A model generated the notes under the pieces. The model made no database searches. It was not told the origin of the DNA and saw nothing but the letters and a program-made list of their open reading frames with translations. Positions 9,094 to 15,939 of a stretch of 27,154 nt of DNA are shown here, piece by piece. The DNA lies in IMG/VR virus record IMGVR_UViG_3300012352_000657, positions 1-27,154 of that record. The stretch is one strand, 5' to 3'. Each line of letters starts with the position of its first letter. Position 1 is the first letter of the stretch. This DNA is from a virus (Duplodnaviria > Caudoviricetes). A program made the translations under genes and the position numbers.

Positions 9094-9248
9094 TGACAGA
9101 ACTTGAATTAGATATTTTATGCGGACAACTCAACGATGAAAATCGCGAGTTAAAAATTAAAGTTGAGTTGTTAGAAACTCAATGCAGAATGTTACGTGAG
9201 CAAGTGTATAGCCTTGAAAAACAGGTGTACAGCGGGCCAACAATGTGA
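9093..9248 (+). CDS. Small coiled-coil protein, 51 aa (not in ORF track)
   Basis: TAATG overlap. MTELELDILCGQLNDENRELKIKVELLETQCRMLREQVYSLEKQVYSGPTM*. Confidence 0.65.
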   Translation: MTELELDILCGQLNDENRELKIKVELLETQCRMLREQVYSLEKQVYSGPTM

Positions 9249-9254
9249 TATAAT
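9225..9254 (+). promoter_or_regulatory. Early-type promoter
   Basis: GTGTACAGCGGG...TGTGATATAAT. Confidence 0.85.
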
Positions 9255-9260
9255 ATATCT

Positions 9261-9596
9261 ATGAGTTTAGAATCTTTCTTCGAGCAAAGCAATGACGATC
9301 TTATTAAAGCTAAGATTCGCCAACGACGAGCACAGATGTTAGTTCACTCATGTTTATATTATGAATTAAATGAAAGTATTGTATCTGATCACAAGTGGCA
9401 AGAATGGGCTGATGAATTAGAAACACTACAAACAAATAATCCAGAATGTGTAAAGTTGAATTTTTTTGATAATGAGTTTAGAGATTGGTCTGGCGCTACT
9501 GGTAATCATTTACCACATCGTCATCCGTGGGTTTTAAAACAATCTCAATATATTTTGAAAGTACATAATGCTAGGACAAGTAACGTTATTTCTTGA
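9261..9596 (+). CDS. Stand-alone protein resembling the N-terminal (Ia) domain of NAD-dependent DNA ligase
   Basis: HSCLYYELNESIVSDHKWQEWADELETL matches the H...YY....P.ISD..YD.L..EL..L pattern. Confidence 0.6.
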   Translation: MSLESFFEQSNDDLIKAKIRQRRAQMLVHSCLYYELNESIVSDHKWQEWADELETLQTNNPECVKLNFFDNEFRDWSGATGNHLPHRHPWVLKQSQYILKVHNARTSNVIS

Positions 9597-10083
9597 TATG
9601 GACGGAGTTCTTACGAACTTTGAAAAAGCATATCGCGAAATTTGGAATGAATTTGAATATGATCGTGAACGATTTCGTGAAGCGGTTATCACTAGACGTA
9701 TCTTTCAAAATTTAGAATGGATGCCTAATGGTAAACACTTTCTAGATGAGATTGAATCCATTGCTGATGATTATAAGTTAGATGTGCAAATGCTAACGTC
9801 AACTGGATCACACCGTACAGAAATGAAAGAAGCAGCAATTGAACAAAAGACTATTTGGTTAGGCAACAATGGCATCCCTTGGATGCCAAATTTTGTATGC
9901 AGTAAACCAGAAAAATCTGACTATGCTCATAAGCGTGCAATTCTAATCGATGATAGTATTGGTTGTATTACACCATTCATTGAACGTGGTGGTATTGGAT
10001 TACTACATAACGATGATGATTACAAAGCAACAGCACAAAAGTTACGTTGGTGCTTAGATGAATTAACTAAGGATTTTATATGA
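9568..10083 (+). CDS. HAD-family 5'(3')-deoxyribonucleotidase-like protein
   Basis: FLDMDGVL motif I, LTS, K..W, ILIDD. Confidence 0.8.
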   Translation: MLGQVTLFLDMDGVLTNFEKAYREIWNEFEYDRERFREAVITRRIFQNLEWMPNGKHFLDEIESIADDYKLDVQMLTSTGSHRTEMKEAAIEQKTIWLGNNGIPWMPNFVCSKPEKSDYAHKRAILIDDSIGCITPFIERGGIGLLHNDDDYKATAQKLRWCLDELTKDFI

Positions 10084-10751
10084 ACATATTTTTTCTTTCA
10101 GCTAATCCTGTTGAAGCAGCTAGATCTCATCTCGATAAACATGTAGTTAAAATGATTCTCGAGTATGCTCAGCTACTATCAACTGCTCATCGTGTAATCG
10201 ATGGTAAAGAAACAGTTGTATTATCTAAGACCGGCCGTAAGAAAAAGGTGTGGCAATTAGATGATGAACGTGATTCTTTACTATATTCAGCTACGCATAT
10301 TAATCATCCATCAGCAATCTGGGCTCGTCAAAATAAACTAAACTACGATTATTTGTATGCGTTATTTGTTGCAACATGCGACGAGTACACATATCGCTAT
10401 GGTAAAGTGCATTTGACTGATAGTAAACTGCGTAATCTTCTTAAAGAATTTCCAAAGAATATTAAAGATACTAATCAATCACAAGTATGGCATGGTCCTA
10501 CGCCTGCAATGCCTGACGAATGTAAAGTAGCTGGTGATCATCTTGCTAGTTATCGTAAGTACTATATAGATAAAAAAGCCGATATGGCAATGTGGACAAA
10601 CCGTGAACCTCCTGAGTGGTTCATCAATGGTATTAAGGAGAAAGATGCCTACCTACGCTTACCAGTGCAAGAAGTGCGAGCACTATTTCGAAAAGATCCT
10701 AAAAATCTCGGAAAGAGACGAGCCAATAGCGCAACCATGTCCAGAGTGTGA
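10080..10751 (+). CDS. Pyrimidine-dimer DNA glycosylase/endonuclease V-like protein
   Basis: MNIFFL...DKHVVKMILEYAQLLSTAH, TH.NHPSAIW, PAMPD, YRKYY, WTNR..PEW. Confidence 0.8.
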   Translation: MNIFFLSANPVEAARSHLDKHVVKMILEYAQLLSTAHRVIDGKETVVLSKTGRKKKVWQLDDERDSLLYSATHINHPSAIWARQNKLNYDYLYALFVATCDEYTYRYGKVHLTDSKLRNLLKEFPKNIKDTNQSQVWHGPTPAMPDECKVAGDHLASYRKYYIDKKADMAMWTNREPPEWFINGIKEKDAYLRLPVQEVRALFRKDPKNLGKRRANSATMSRV

Positions 10752-10893
10752 GGGTGAAATATATCGCACTCTAGAAACTGGTGGATTAGTTTCTGATTCT
10801 AAAACTCCCATGCGCCGAGCAGGCACAGAGTGGAATGATGTATTGAAAAAAATTAAAAAAGGATCAGCTCGTAGTAATACGATTAAAACATAA
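10645..10893 (+). CDS. FmdB-family zinc-ribbon protein
   Basis: SD AAGGAG. MPTYAYQCKKCEHYFE...CPEC. Confidence 0.8.
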   Translation: MPTYAYQCKKCEHYFEKILKISERDEPIAQPCPECEGEIYRTLETGGLVSDSKTPMRRAGTEWNDVLKKIKKGSARSNTIKT

Positions 10894-11627
10894 TGCAAAC
10901 GAAAAAGCAAAAACAACAACCACAAGAGACACAAGAACCATTAGTAACTAAAAAGTTACCACGCTTAAAGATTGAACATTTACAACGGGTTGATCCAATG
11001 TCAGATAATCAATCTAAAGCGTTTCATGGTTACCATAAAGATAAGAACTTAATTCTTTCTGGATCTGCCGGTACAGGTAAAACGTTTATTGCTATGTACT
11101 TAGCTTTACGTGAAATCCTAGAAGGTAATGGTCCATATAAGAAAGTTGTTATTATTAGATCTATTGTACCAACACGTGATATTGGTTTCTTACCAGGTGA
11201 CGAAGCTGAAAAGAAAGAAGCTTATATGTTACCTTATATTGAAATCTGTAATGAGTTGTTTAAAGACAAATTTGCCTTTGAGCGTTTACAAGATCATGGA
11301 CAAATTGAGTTTTTATCAACATCATTTATTCGTGGTACAACATTAAATAATTGTATTATTATTCTTGATGAAATGCAGAACTGTGTGTTTAGAGAATTAG
11401 ATACTGTTATCACTCGTGTTGGATCAAGAGCGCGATTTATTATGTGTGGTGATTACTATCAATCAGACTTCGATAAGAAAGCTGATAAAGATGGCGTATT
11501 AAATTTCTTAAAGATTGTTGACTCAATGAATTCATTTGTACACGTTGAATTTAAATGGGCAGACATTGTTCGTTCAGACTTTGTACGTGATTACATTGTC
11601 ACTAAAGAATCAATGAAGATCTCATAA
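10893..11627 (+). CDS. phoH: PhoH-like ATPase
   Basis: GSAGTGKT, IGFLPG, FIRGTT, ILDEMQN, CGD..QSD, DIVRS. Confidence 0.93.
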   Translation: MQTKKQKQQPQETQEPLVTKKLPRLKIEHLQRVDPMSDNQSKAFHGYHKDKNLILSGSAGTGKTFIAMYLALREILEGNGPYKKVVIIRSIVPTRDIGFLPGDEAEKKEAYMLPYIEICNELFKDKFAFERLQDHGQIEFLSTSFIRGTTLNNCIIILDEMQNCVFRELDTVITRVGSRARFIMCGDYYQSDFDKKADKDGVLNFLKIVDSMNSFVHVEFKWADIVRSDFVRDYIVTKESMKIS

Positions 11628-12313
11628 TGCCATTTAATCATGTTGGTTGTGATCTAGGTTATAAAGATCTTGATGCTGTAACTACAGAGAAGGGTCGTGT
11701 TTATGTGACACCTTCTGGAGTAAAGTATCCATCAATTACTACAGTGCTTGGTCACTTTAGTAAACACAAATTGATGGAGTGGCGTAAAGCAGTAGGTGAA
11801 GAAGAAGCAAATAGAATTGGAAGACTTGCAGCAGATAGAGGTACAAGACTTCATACTATATGTGAAAAATATATAGACAATGAAGTGGAAATATTTGATG
11901 CTAAAACAATGCCACATGTTAAGATGATGTTTAATAGTATTAAACCAGTATTAGATTCACGTATTGGTAAAGTGTATTTGCAAGAAGTTCCACTCTACTC
12001 AGATCATTTACGCATTGCTGGTCGAGTAGATTTGATTGCAGAATTTGATGGTGTTATTTCAATCATTGATTTTAAAACATCTTCAAGACGTAAGACTGAA
12101 AAGGATATTAAAGATTACTTCGAACAAGAAGCAGCATACGCAATCATGTTTGAAGAAAGAACTAATACTCCCATTGTTAACCTAGTAACTATTATGGCAG
12201 TAGAAAATGACAAAGAACCTTTGGTCTTTAAAGAACACCGAGACAACCACGCAAGTGACCTCATTAAAAAAATCAGATTATACGAAAGAGAAAAAGGAAT
12301 TCACTATGAGTAA
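11627..12313 (+). CDS. PD-(D/E)XK exonuclease
   Basis: YPSITTVL, RGTRLH..CE, QE..LYS, AGRVD, IIDFKTS, Q.AAYA. Confidence 0.85.
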   Translation: MPFNHVGCDLGYKDLDAVTTEKGRVYVTPSGVKYPSITTVLGHFSKHKLMEWRKAVGEEEANRIGRLAADRGTRLHTICEKYIDNEVEIFDAKTMPHVKMMFNSIKPVLDSRIGKVYLQEVPLYSDHLRIAGRVDLIAEFDGVISIIDFKTSSRRKTEKDIKDYFEQEAAYAIMFEERTNTPIVNLVTIMAVENDKEPLVFKEHRDNHASDLIKKIRLYEREKGIHYE

Positions 12314-12962
12314 TCCAATGCAAACACAATCGGCTAATGCTATTAAAGCCTTTATTAATAAACCAGTCAACACTCTTCATACGTTCTATTTGAGTGGTAC
12401 TATTGAAGAACCAAGTGAGTACATTTCTTGGTTTGAAATCATGCGTAACGCTGGTGAGAATGATGTTATTCAAATCCATATTAACTCATATGGTGGTGAT
12501 TTGTTTACAGCCATTCAATTCCTAAGAGCAATTGCAGATACACCAGCTCACGTTATCTGTTCAGTTGAAGGCGCGTGTATGTCAGCTGCAACAATGGTTT
12601 TCTTAACCGCTGATAGTTTTGAAGTAAGTGAGCACTCAATCTTTATGTTCCATAATTACTCAGGTGGTACATTTGGTAAAGGTGGAGAAATGATGGACCA
12701 ATTAGTGCATGAGCGTAAGTGGTCTGAGCATTTGTTAAAGCGTATTTACGCTGACTTCTTAACTGAATCAGAAGTAGGTTCTTTATTGGACAATAAAGAT
12801 ATTTGGATGGATGGTGAAGAAGTACTAAAGCGCTTATCTGCTCGTCATGACAAATATCAAAAGGCATTAAAGACTGCAGAGAAAACTACTGCTAAGAAGC
12901 CTGCCGCTAAAAAGGTAGCGCCAAAGAAACCTGCAGCAAAGAAGCCCGCAGTTAAAAAGTAA
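12306..12962 (+). CDS. ClpP-like serine protease with Lys/Ala/Pro-rich tail
   Basis: INSYGG, ACMSAA (Ser), FMFHN (His), KDIW (Asp). SD AAAGGA before ATG 12306. Confidence 0.85.
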   Translation: MSNPMQTQSANAIKAFINKPVNTLHTFYLSGTIEEPSEYISWFEIMRNAGENDVIQIHINSYGGDLFTAIQFLRAIADTPAHVICSVEGACMSAATMVFLTADSFEVSEHSIFMFHNYSGGTFGKGGEMMDQLVHERKWSEHLLKRIYADFLTESEVGSLLDNKDIWMDGEEVLKRLSARHDKYQKALKTAEKTTAKKPAAKKVAPKKPAAKKPAVKK

Positions 12963-12991
12963 TGTACAGCGAGCTATTCATGTGATATAAT
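12962..12991 (+). promoter_or_regulatory. Early-type promoter
   Basis: ATGTACAGCGAG...TGTGATATAAT. Confidence 0.85.
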
Positions 12992-12997
12992 AGTTAC

Positions 12998-13165
12998 ATG
13001 AATATAGAAACAGTCGCTGCATTTGTTGACACATTAACGATAAACCACCTGTTAATAGCAGGTGGTATTTTTATCTTTTTATTTTTCCATGCTGTAATAC
13101 TTAGATTAGCATTTTACCTAAGCACCTTTATTCTAATATTGTGGCTTATAAGCAAGTATTATTAA
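12998..13165 (+). CDS. Small membrane protein, 55 aa, probably leaderless (not in ORF track)
   Basis: MNIETVAAFVDTLTINHLLIAGGIFIFLFFHAVILRLAFYLSTFILILWLISKYY*. ATG lies 7 nt after the -10. Confidence 0.6.
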   Translation: MNIETVAAFVDTLTINHLLIAGGIFIFLFFHAVILRLAFYLSTFILILWLISKYY

Positions 13166-13278
13166 TTTTATTAATAACTCTAATCAAATAATATTATAGG
13201 TACAAGTACCTATATTAACGAAATTTATTGATACATAATATTGATTACTTTTTTTAATTACTCTATAAAGGAAATGAA

Positions 13279-13848
13279 ATGAAAACAGTTGGACAAAAAT
13301 TAGATGCATTCAATCTTACGGGCGTAAAGCCAGGACAGACAGGCGAGTTCTTTGACATCAATGAAAAATCTTTTGAAGGCAAATGGAAGATTATTGTTTA
13401 CTATCCAAAAGACTTTACGTTTGTGTGCCCTACGGAAATCGTAGCGTATGATAAGTTATTCCAAGACTTTGAAGACCGTGATGCAGTATTACTTACTGGC
13501 TCAACAGATAACGAATTCTGTAAAGTAGCATGGCAAGCTTCTCATGAAGATTTGAAAAAGATTCGTCATATTCAATTTGCTGACACACAAAGAGAAACGA
13601 CATACGATGAAGCAAGTAATCGTTATGTTCAAGGTAGTTTAGTAGAACAGTTAGGCGTATTCTTTAATCCAGCAGGTGCAGCACTTAGAGCGACATTTAT
13701 CGTTGATCCTGATAATGTTATTCAACACGTTACAGTAAACAACCTTAACGTTGGTCGTTCACCAGAAGAAACACTACGTGTTCTTGACGCTTTACAAACA
13801 GGTGAGTTGTGTGCTTGTTCACGTAAAATTGGTGGAGAGACTCTATGA
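13279..13848 (+). CDS. ahpC: Peroxiredoxin AhpC
   Basis: YPKDFTFVCPTE, ALRATFIVDP, VGRS.EE.LR, GELCAC. Confidence 0.95.
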   Translation: MKTVGQKLDAFNLTGVKPGQTGEFFDINEKSFEGKWKIIVYYPKDFTFVCPTEIVAYDKLFQDFEDRDAVLLTGSTDNEFCKVAWQASHEDLKKIRHIQFADTQRETTYDEASNRYVQGSLVEQLGVFFNPAGAALRATFIVDPDNVIQHVTVNNLNVGRSPEETLRVLDALQTGELCACSRKIGGETL

Positions 13849-14357
13849 GTTGGGTTGACCAAATAAAAGAGGTATTACCAGAATATGCAAAAGACACTAA
13901 GCTCAATCTTGATAGCGTTATTAATCGCAGCACCTTGGACAGTGGTGTCGCTAACGCCTGTGCACTTGCGGCAGCAATGGCAACAGGTAACGGAAAACTC
14001 GTTTCTTTTATTCAGTCAAGTTTGGAGGATACCAAAGAGCGAGACGCAGCGTTAACAGCTGGTTCTATTATGGCTATGAATAACGTTTGGTATCCATTCG
14101 TTGAGATGGCTGAAGATGAGCGATTAACTGGTTTACCAGCACAATTACGTATGAACGCTATTGCAGCGCATGGTGGAACTACTAAAGCTAACTTTGAAGC
14201 GTATTCACTTGCAGCTTCTATTGTTGGTAAGTGTCACTTCTGTGTTAAAGCACACTATGAAACATTGAAGCAAGAAGGTTATAGTGTTGAGCAATTGCGT
14301 GATGTTGGTCGTATTGCATCAGTTATTAATTCAGTAGCAAAAGTGTTGAATAGTTAA
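13845..14357 (+). CDS. ahpD: Alkyl hydroperoxide reductase AhpD
   Basis: YAKDTKLNL, MAMNNVWY, LRMN, CHFCVKAH. Confidence 0.93.
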   Translation: MSWVDQIKEVLPEYAKDTKLNLDSVINRSTLDSGVANACALAAAMATGNGKLVSFIQSSLEDTKERDAALTAGSIMAMNNVWYPFVEMAEDERLTGLPAQLRMNAIAAHGGTTKANFEAYSLAASIVGKCHFCVKAHYETLKQEGYSVEQLRDVGRIASVINSVAKVLNS

Positions 14358-14362
14358 ACGAT

Positions 14363-14377
14363 TCGTATATATAATAT
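14363..14377 (+). promoter_or_regulatory. Second promoter class (-10 only, late-like), copy 1
   Basis: TCGTATATATAATAT, identical at 15716-15730. Confidence 0.55.
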
Positions 14378-14380
14378 TAC

Positions 14381-14461
14381 ATGAAAACAATACTCACAAC
14401 TCTGGTAAAAACTAACGCAATGTTATTAGCAACATGGCTATGTAGAGGCGTCCAGAGTTAA
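14381..14461 (+). CDS. Putative 26-aa attenuator leader peptide
   Basis: MKTILTTLVKTNAMLLATWLCRGVQS*. The last codons overlap a potential antiterminator arm. Confidence 0.55.
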   Translation: MKTILTTLVKTNAMLLATWLCRGVQS

Positions 14462-14489
14462 TGTAATACGTTTTAAACGAATAAAGACT

Positions 14490-14528
14490 AACCCTGGAAC
14501 CTAAAAAGTTTCAGGGTTTTTTGTTTTT
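14490..14528 (+). terminator. Rho-independent terminator immediately upstream of the tRNA cluster
   Basis: AACCCTGGAAC-ctaaaaa-GTTTCAGGGTT followed by TTTTGTTTTT. Confidence 0.85.
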
Positions 14529-14530
14529 AT

Positions 14531-14612
14531 GCCTCAGTGGCGCAAACAAATGGAAGACGCGGCTGTTCAAGAGACAGTTAGGTTACGGGTTCGAATCCCG
14601 TCTGAGGCACCA
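14531..14612 (+). tRNA. Atypical tRNA-Leu-like gene (anticodon AAG by stem register, CAA in an alternative register)
   Basis: Acceptor GCCTCAG/CTGAGGC with ACCA. T arm ACGGG-TTCGAAT-CCCGT. Anticodon arm GCTGT-TCAAGAG-ACAGT. Confidence 0.75.
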
Positions 14613-14617
14613 AAATT

Positions 14618-14647
14618 ATGTACAACGAGCGATAGGTGTGATATAAT
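14618..14647 (+). promoter_or_regulatory. Early-type promoter upstream of tRNA-Trp
   Basis: ATGTACAACGAG...TGTGATATAAT. Confidence 0.85.
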
Positions 14648-14658
14648 ATTAGTTCAGG

Positions 14659-14733
14659 TTCTCGATAGTGTTAACGGTAGCACGTTGGTCTCCAAAACCA
14701 AAGGTTGCGGTTCGAATCCGTATCGGGATGCCA
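14659..14733 (+). tRNA. tRNA-Trp(CCA)
   Basis: TTGGT-CT CCA AA-ACCAA, GGTTCGAATCC, 3' GCCA. Confidence 0.9.
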
Positions 14734-14743
14734 ATATATAATT

Positions 14744-14773
14744 GTTTACAACGAGTCATTGTTGTGATATAAT
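14744..14773 (+). promoter_or_regulatory. Early-type promoter upstream of tRNA-Asp
   Basis: GTTTACAACGAG...TGTGATATAAT. Confidence 0.85.
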
Positions 14774-14786
14774 AGTATTACATTGT

Positions 14787-14863
14787 GGAGTGGTAGTTCA
14801 GTTGGTTAGAATATCGGCCTGTCACGCCGAGGGTCGCGGGTTCGAGTCCCGTCTACTCCGCCA
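14787..14863 (+). tRNA. tRNA-Asp(GTC)
   Basis: GGAGTGG/CTACTCC acceptor, TCGGC-CT GTC AC-GCCGA, CCA end. Confidence 0.96.
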
Positions 14864-14886
14864 AAGATTTTTAACGTGAGGATAAT

Positions 14887-15075
14887 ATGGCAGCTGTAAA
14901 GAAAAAAGGTAAATCACCAACACATACAAAAACTGGTAAAGTTCGTTTGTATGGTTTAAACGTAGCAGCATTAAATAAAATGTTAGAGAGTGAAAGTAAG
15001 CCTAAGGTAAAAGCAAAGATTAGAAATGCGATTGTGCGTAGAACACTTACGCAACAGGCACCAGTACTTTTATAA
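14887..15075 (+). CDS. Small basic hypothetical protein
   Basis: SD GAGGA. Lys-rich, TKTGKVRL.GLN motif. Confidence 0.7.
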   Translation: MAAVKKKGKSPTHTKTGKVRLYGLNVAALNKMLESESKPKVKAKIRNAIVRRTLTQQAPVLL

Positions 15076-15087
15076 TATAACAGTAAT

Positions 15088-15163
15088 TCCTCGATAGCTC
15101 AGTCGGTAGAGCGCCGGACTGTTAATCCGTAGGTCCCTGGTTCGAGCCCAGGTCGAGGAGCCA
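15088..15163 (+). tRNA. tRNA-Asn(GTT)
   Basis: TCCTCGA/TCGAGGA acceptor, CCGGA-CT GTT AA-TCCGT, CCA end. Confidence 0.96.
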
Positions 15164-15343
15164 TAATTGAGAATGTGAGCGAAAGAAATAGGAATCCCAA
15201 CTGTTAGGGGAGATAACTATCCTAGCAATATCGCATCCATCATCGGAGATAGTCTATCATCCCAAAGGTAGAATGAAAGCGTGAGGTCTAGGAGATGGGT
15301 TTATAAAGCCATCTTAAACACATAACAGTATTCTCAATTATGG
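15161..15343 (+). ncRNA. Candidate structured ncRNA inside the tRNA array
   Basis: Perfect 14-bp terminal inverted repeat CCATAATTGAGAAT/ATTCTCAATTATGG enclosing several hairpins. No convincing ORF. Confidence 0.55.
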
Positions 15344-15348
15344 TATTT

Positions 15349-15424
15349 GCCCCTTTAGCTCATCTGGTAGAGCAACTGATTTGTAATCAGTAGGTGGTCT
15401 GTTCGAGTCGGACAAGGGGCACCA
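15349..15424 (+). tRNA. tRNA-Thr(TGT)
   Basis: GCCCCTT/AAGGGGC acceptor, ACTGA-TT TGT AA-TCAGT, ACCA end. Confidence 0.95.
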
Positions 15425-15431
15425 AGTATTA

Positions 15432-15508
15432 GGGCCTATAGCTCAGTTGGTTAGAGCAGAGGACTCATAATCCTTTGGTCGTAGGTTCGAGTCCTACTGG
15501 GCCCACCA
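15432..15508 (+). tRNA. tRNA with CAT anticodon, most likely tRNA-Ile2 (lysidine)
   Basis: GGGCCTATAGCTCAG start typical of Ile2. GAGGA-CT CAT AA-TCCTT. Lacks initiator features. Confidence 0.88.
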
Positions 15509-15537
15509 TATATAAACTTTTAATCAGAGGAATTCAT

Positions 15538-15687
15538 ATGAATGAAGGCGGAAAAGGTTGTAAGCCACGTCCGTTTAGCGTAACTCAAGAAGAGTACGAT
15601 AACAGATGGGATAGTATATTCAACAAAAACAAAGAAGATAAAGAAGAAACTGTAGAAGAAACTAAAGAAGAAAATTCTAAAGAGTAA
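15538..15687 (+). CDS. Small phage hypothetical protein (GGKG..PRP family)
   Basis: SD GAGGA. MNEGGKGCKPRPFSVTQEEYDNRWDSIF. Confidence 0.75.
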   Translation: MNEGGKGCKPRPFSVTQEEYDNRWDSIFNKNKEDKEETVEETKEENSKE

Positions 15688-15692
15688 ATAAA

Positions 15693-15714
15693 TTGAGTCC
15701 TTTCGAGGTCTCAA
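15693..15714 (+). other. UUCG hairpin at the end of the tRNA-region transcript
   Basis: TTGAGTCCT-TTCG-AGGTCTCAA (one mismatch). Confidence 0.5.
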
Positions 15715-15715
15715 G

Positions 15716-15730
15716 TCGTATATATAATAT
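15716..15730 (+). promoter_or_regulatory. Second promoter class, copy 2
   Basis: TCGTATATATAATAT, identical to 14363-14377. Confidence 0.55.
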
Positions 15731-15735
15731 AAACA

Positions 15736-15909
15736 GTAAGTAGTAATACTTACACGCAAAAGGTCTCAAAGAAGACCACAATGAATTTGGGACACACCCG
15801 AATCGGTAGCGGCGACGTATCACCGTTAGTCTTGACATTTGTCAAGCAATAGAAGGCGGTGAGCGCTTGCCAGTACTACTGACATGTGTTCCTCGCTATT
15901 TTTAAATTC
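15736..15909 (+). ncRNA. Candidate structured 5' leader or cis-regulatory RNA of the accessory operon
   Basis: GNRA hairpin GTAAGTA-GTAA-TACTTAC plus nested stems GGGACACA/TGTGTTCC, GGTAGCG/CGCTTGCC, TCACCGTT/GGCGGTGA and CTTGAC/GTCAAG. Confidence 0.6.
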
Positions 15910-15939
15910 CTAATAAAAAGAAGAAAAAGGAAAAATAAA

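Noticed and set aside
11627-12313. Cas4/CRISPR association
   Set aside because: No four-Cys cluster pattern and no repeat-spacer array in the window. The 7937-7998 repeats are only two copies 10 bp apart.
14529-14741. 70-aa ORF in the track
   Set aside because: It overlaps two tRNA genes and a promoter, so it is a shadow ORF.
15161-15343. RNase P RNA, tmRNA or group I intron identity
   Set aside because: Too short, and it lacks the RNase P GAGGAAAGUCC motif, tRNA-like ends and recognisable intron core elements.
15475-15537. Upstream extension of the 15538 ORF
   Set aside because: It lies in the tRNA-Ile2 gene. The SD supports ATG 15538.
15886-15939. GTG start extending paralog 1
   Set aside because: Paralog alignment and the SD point to ATG 15940. 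The extension is in the structured leader and an A-rich tract.
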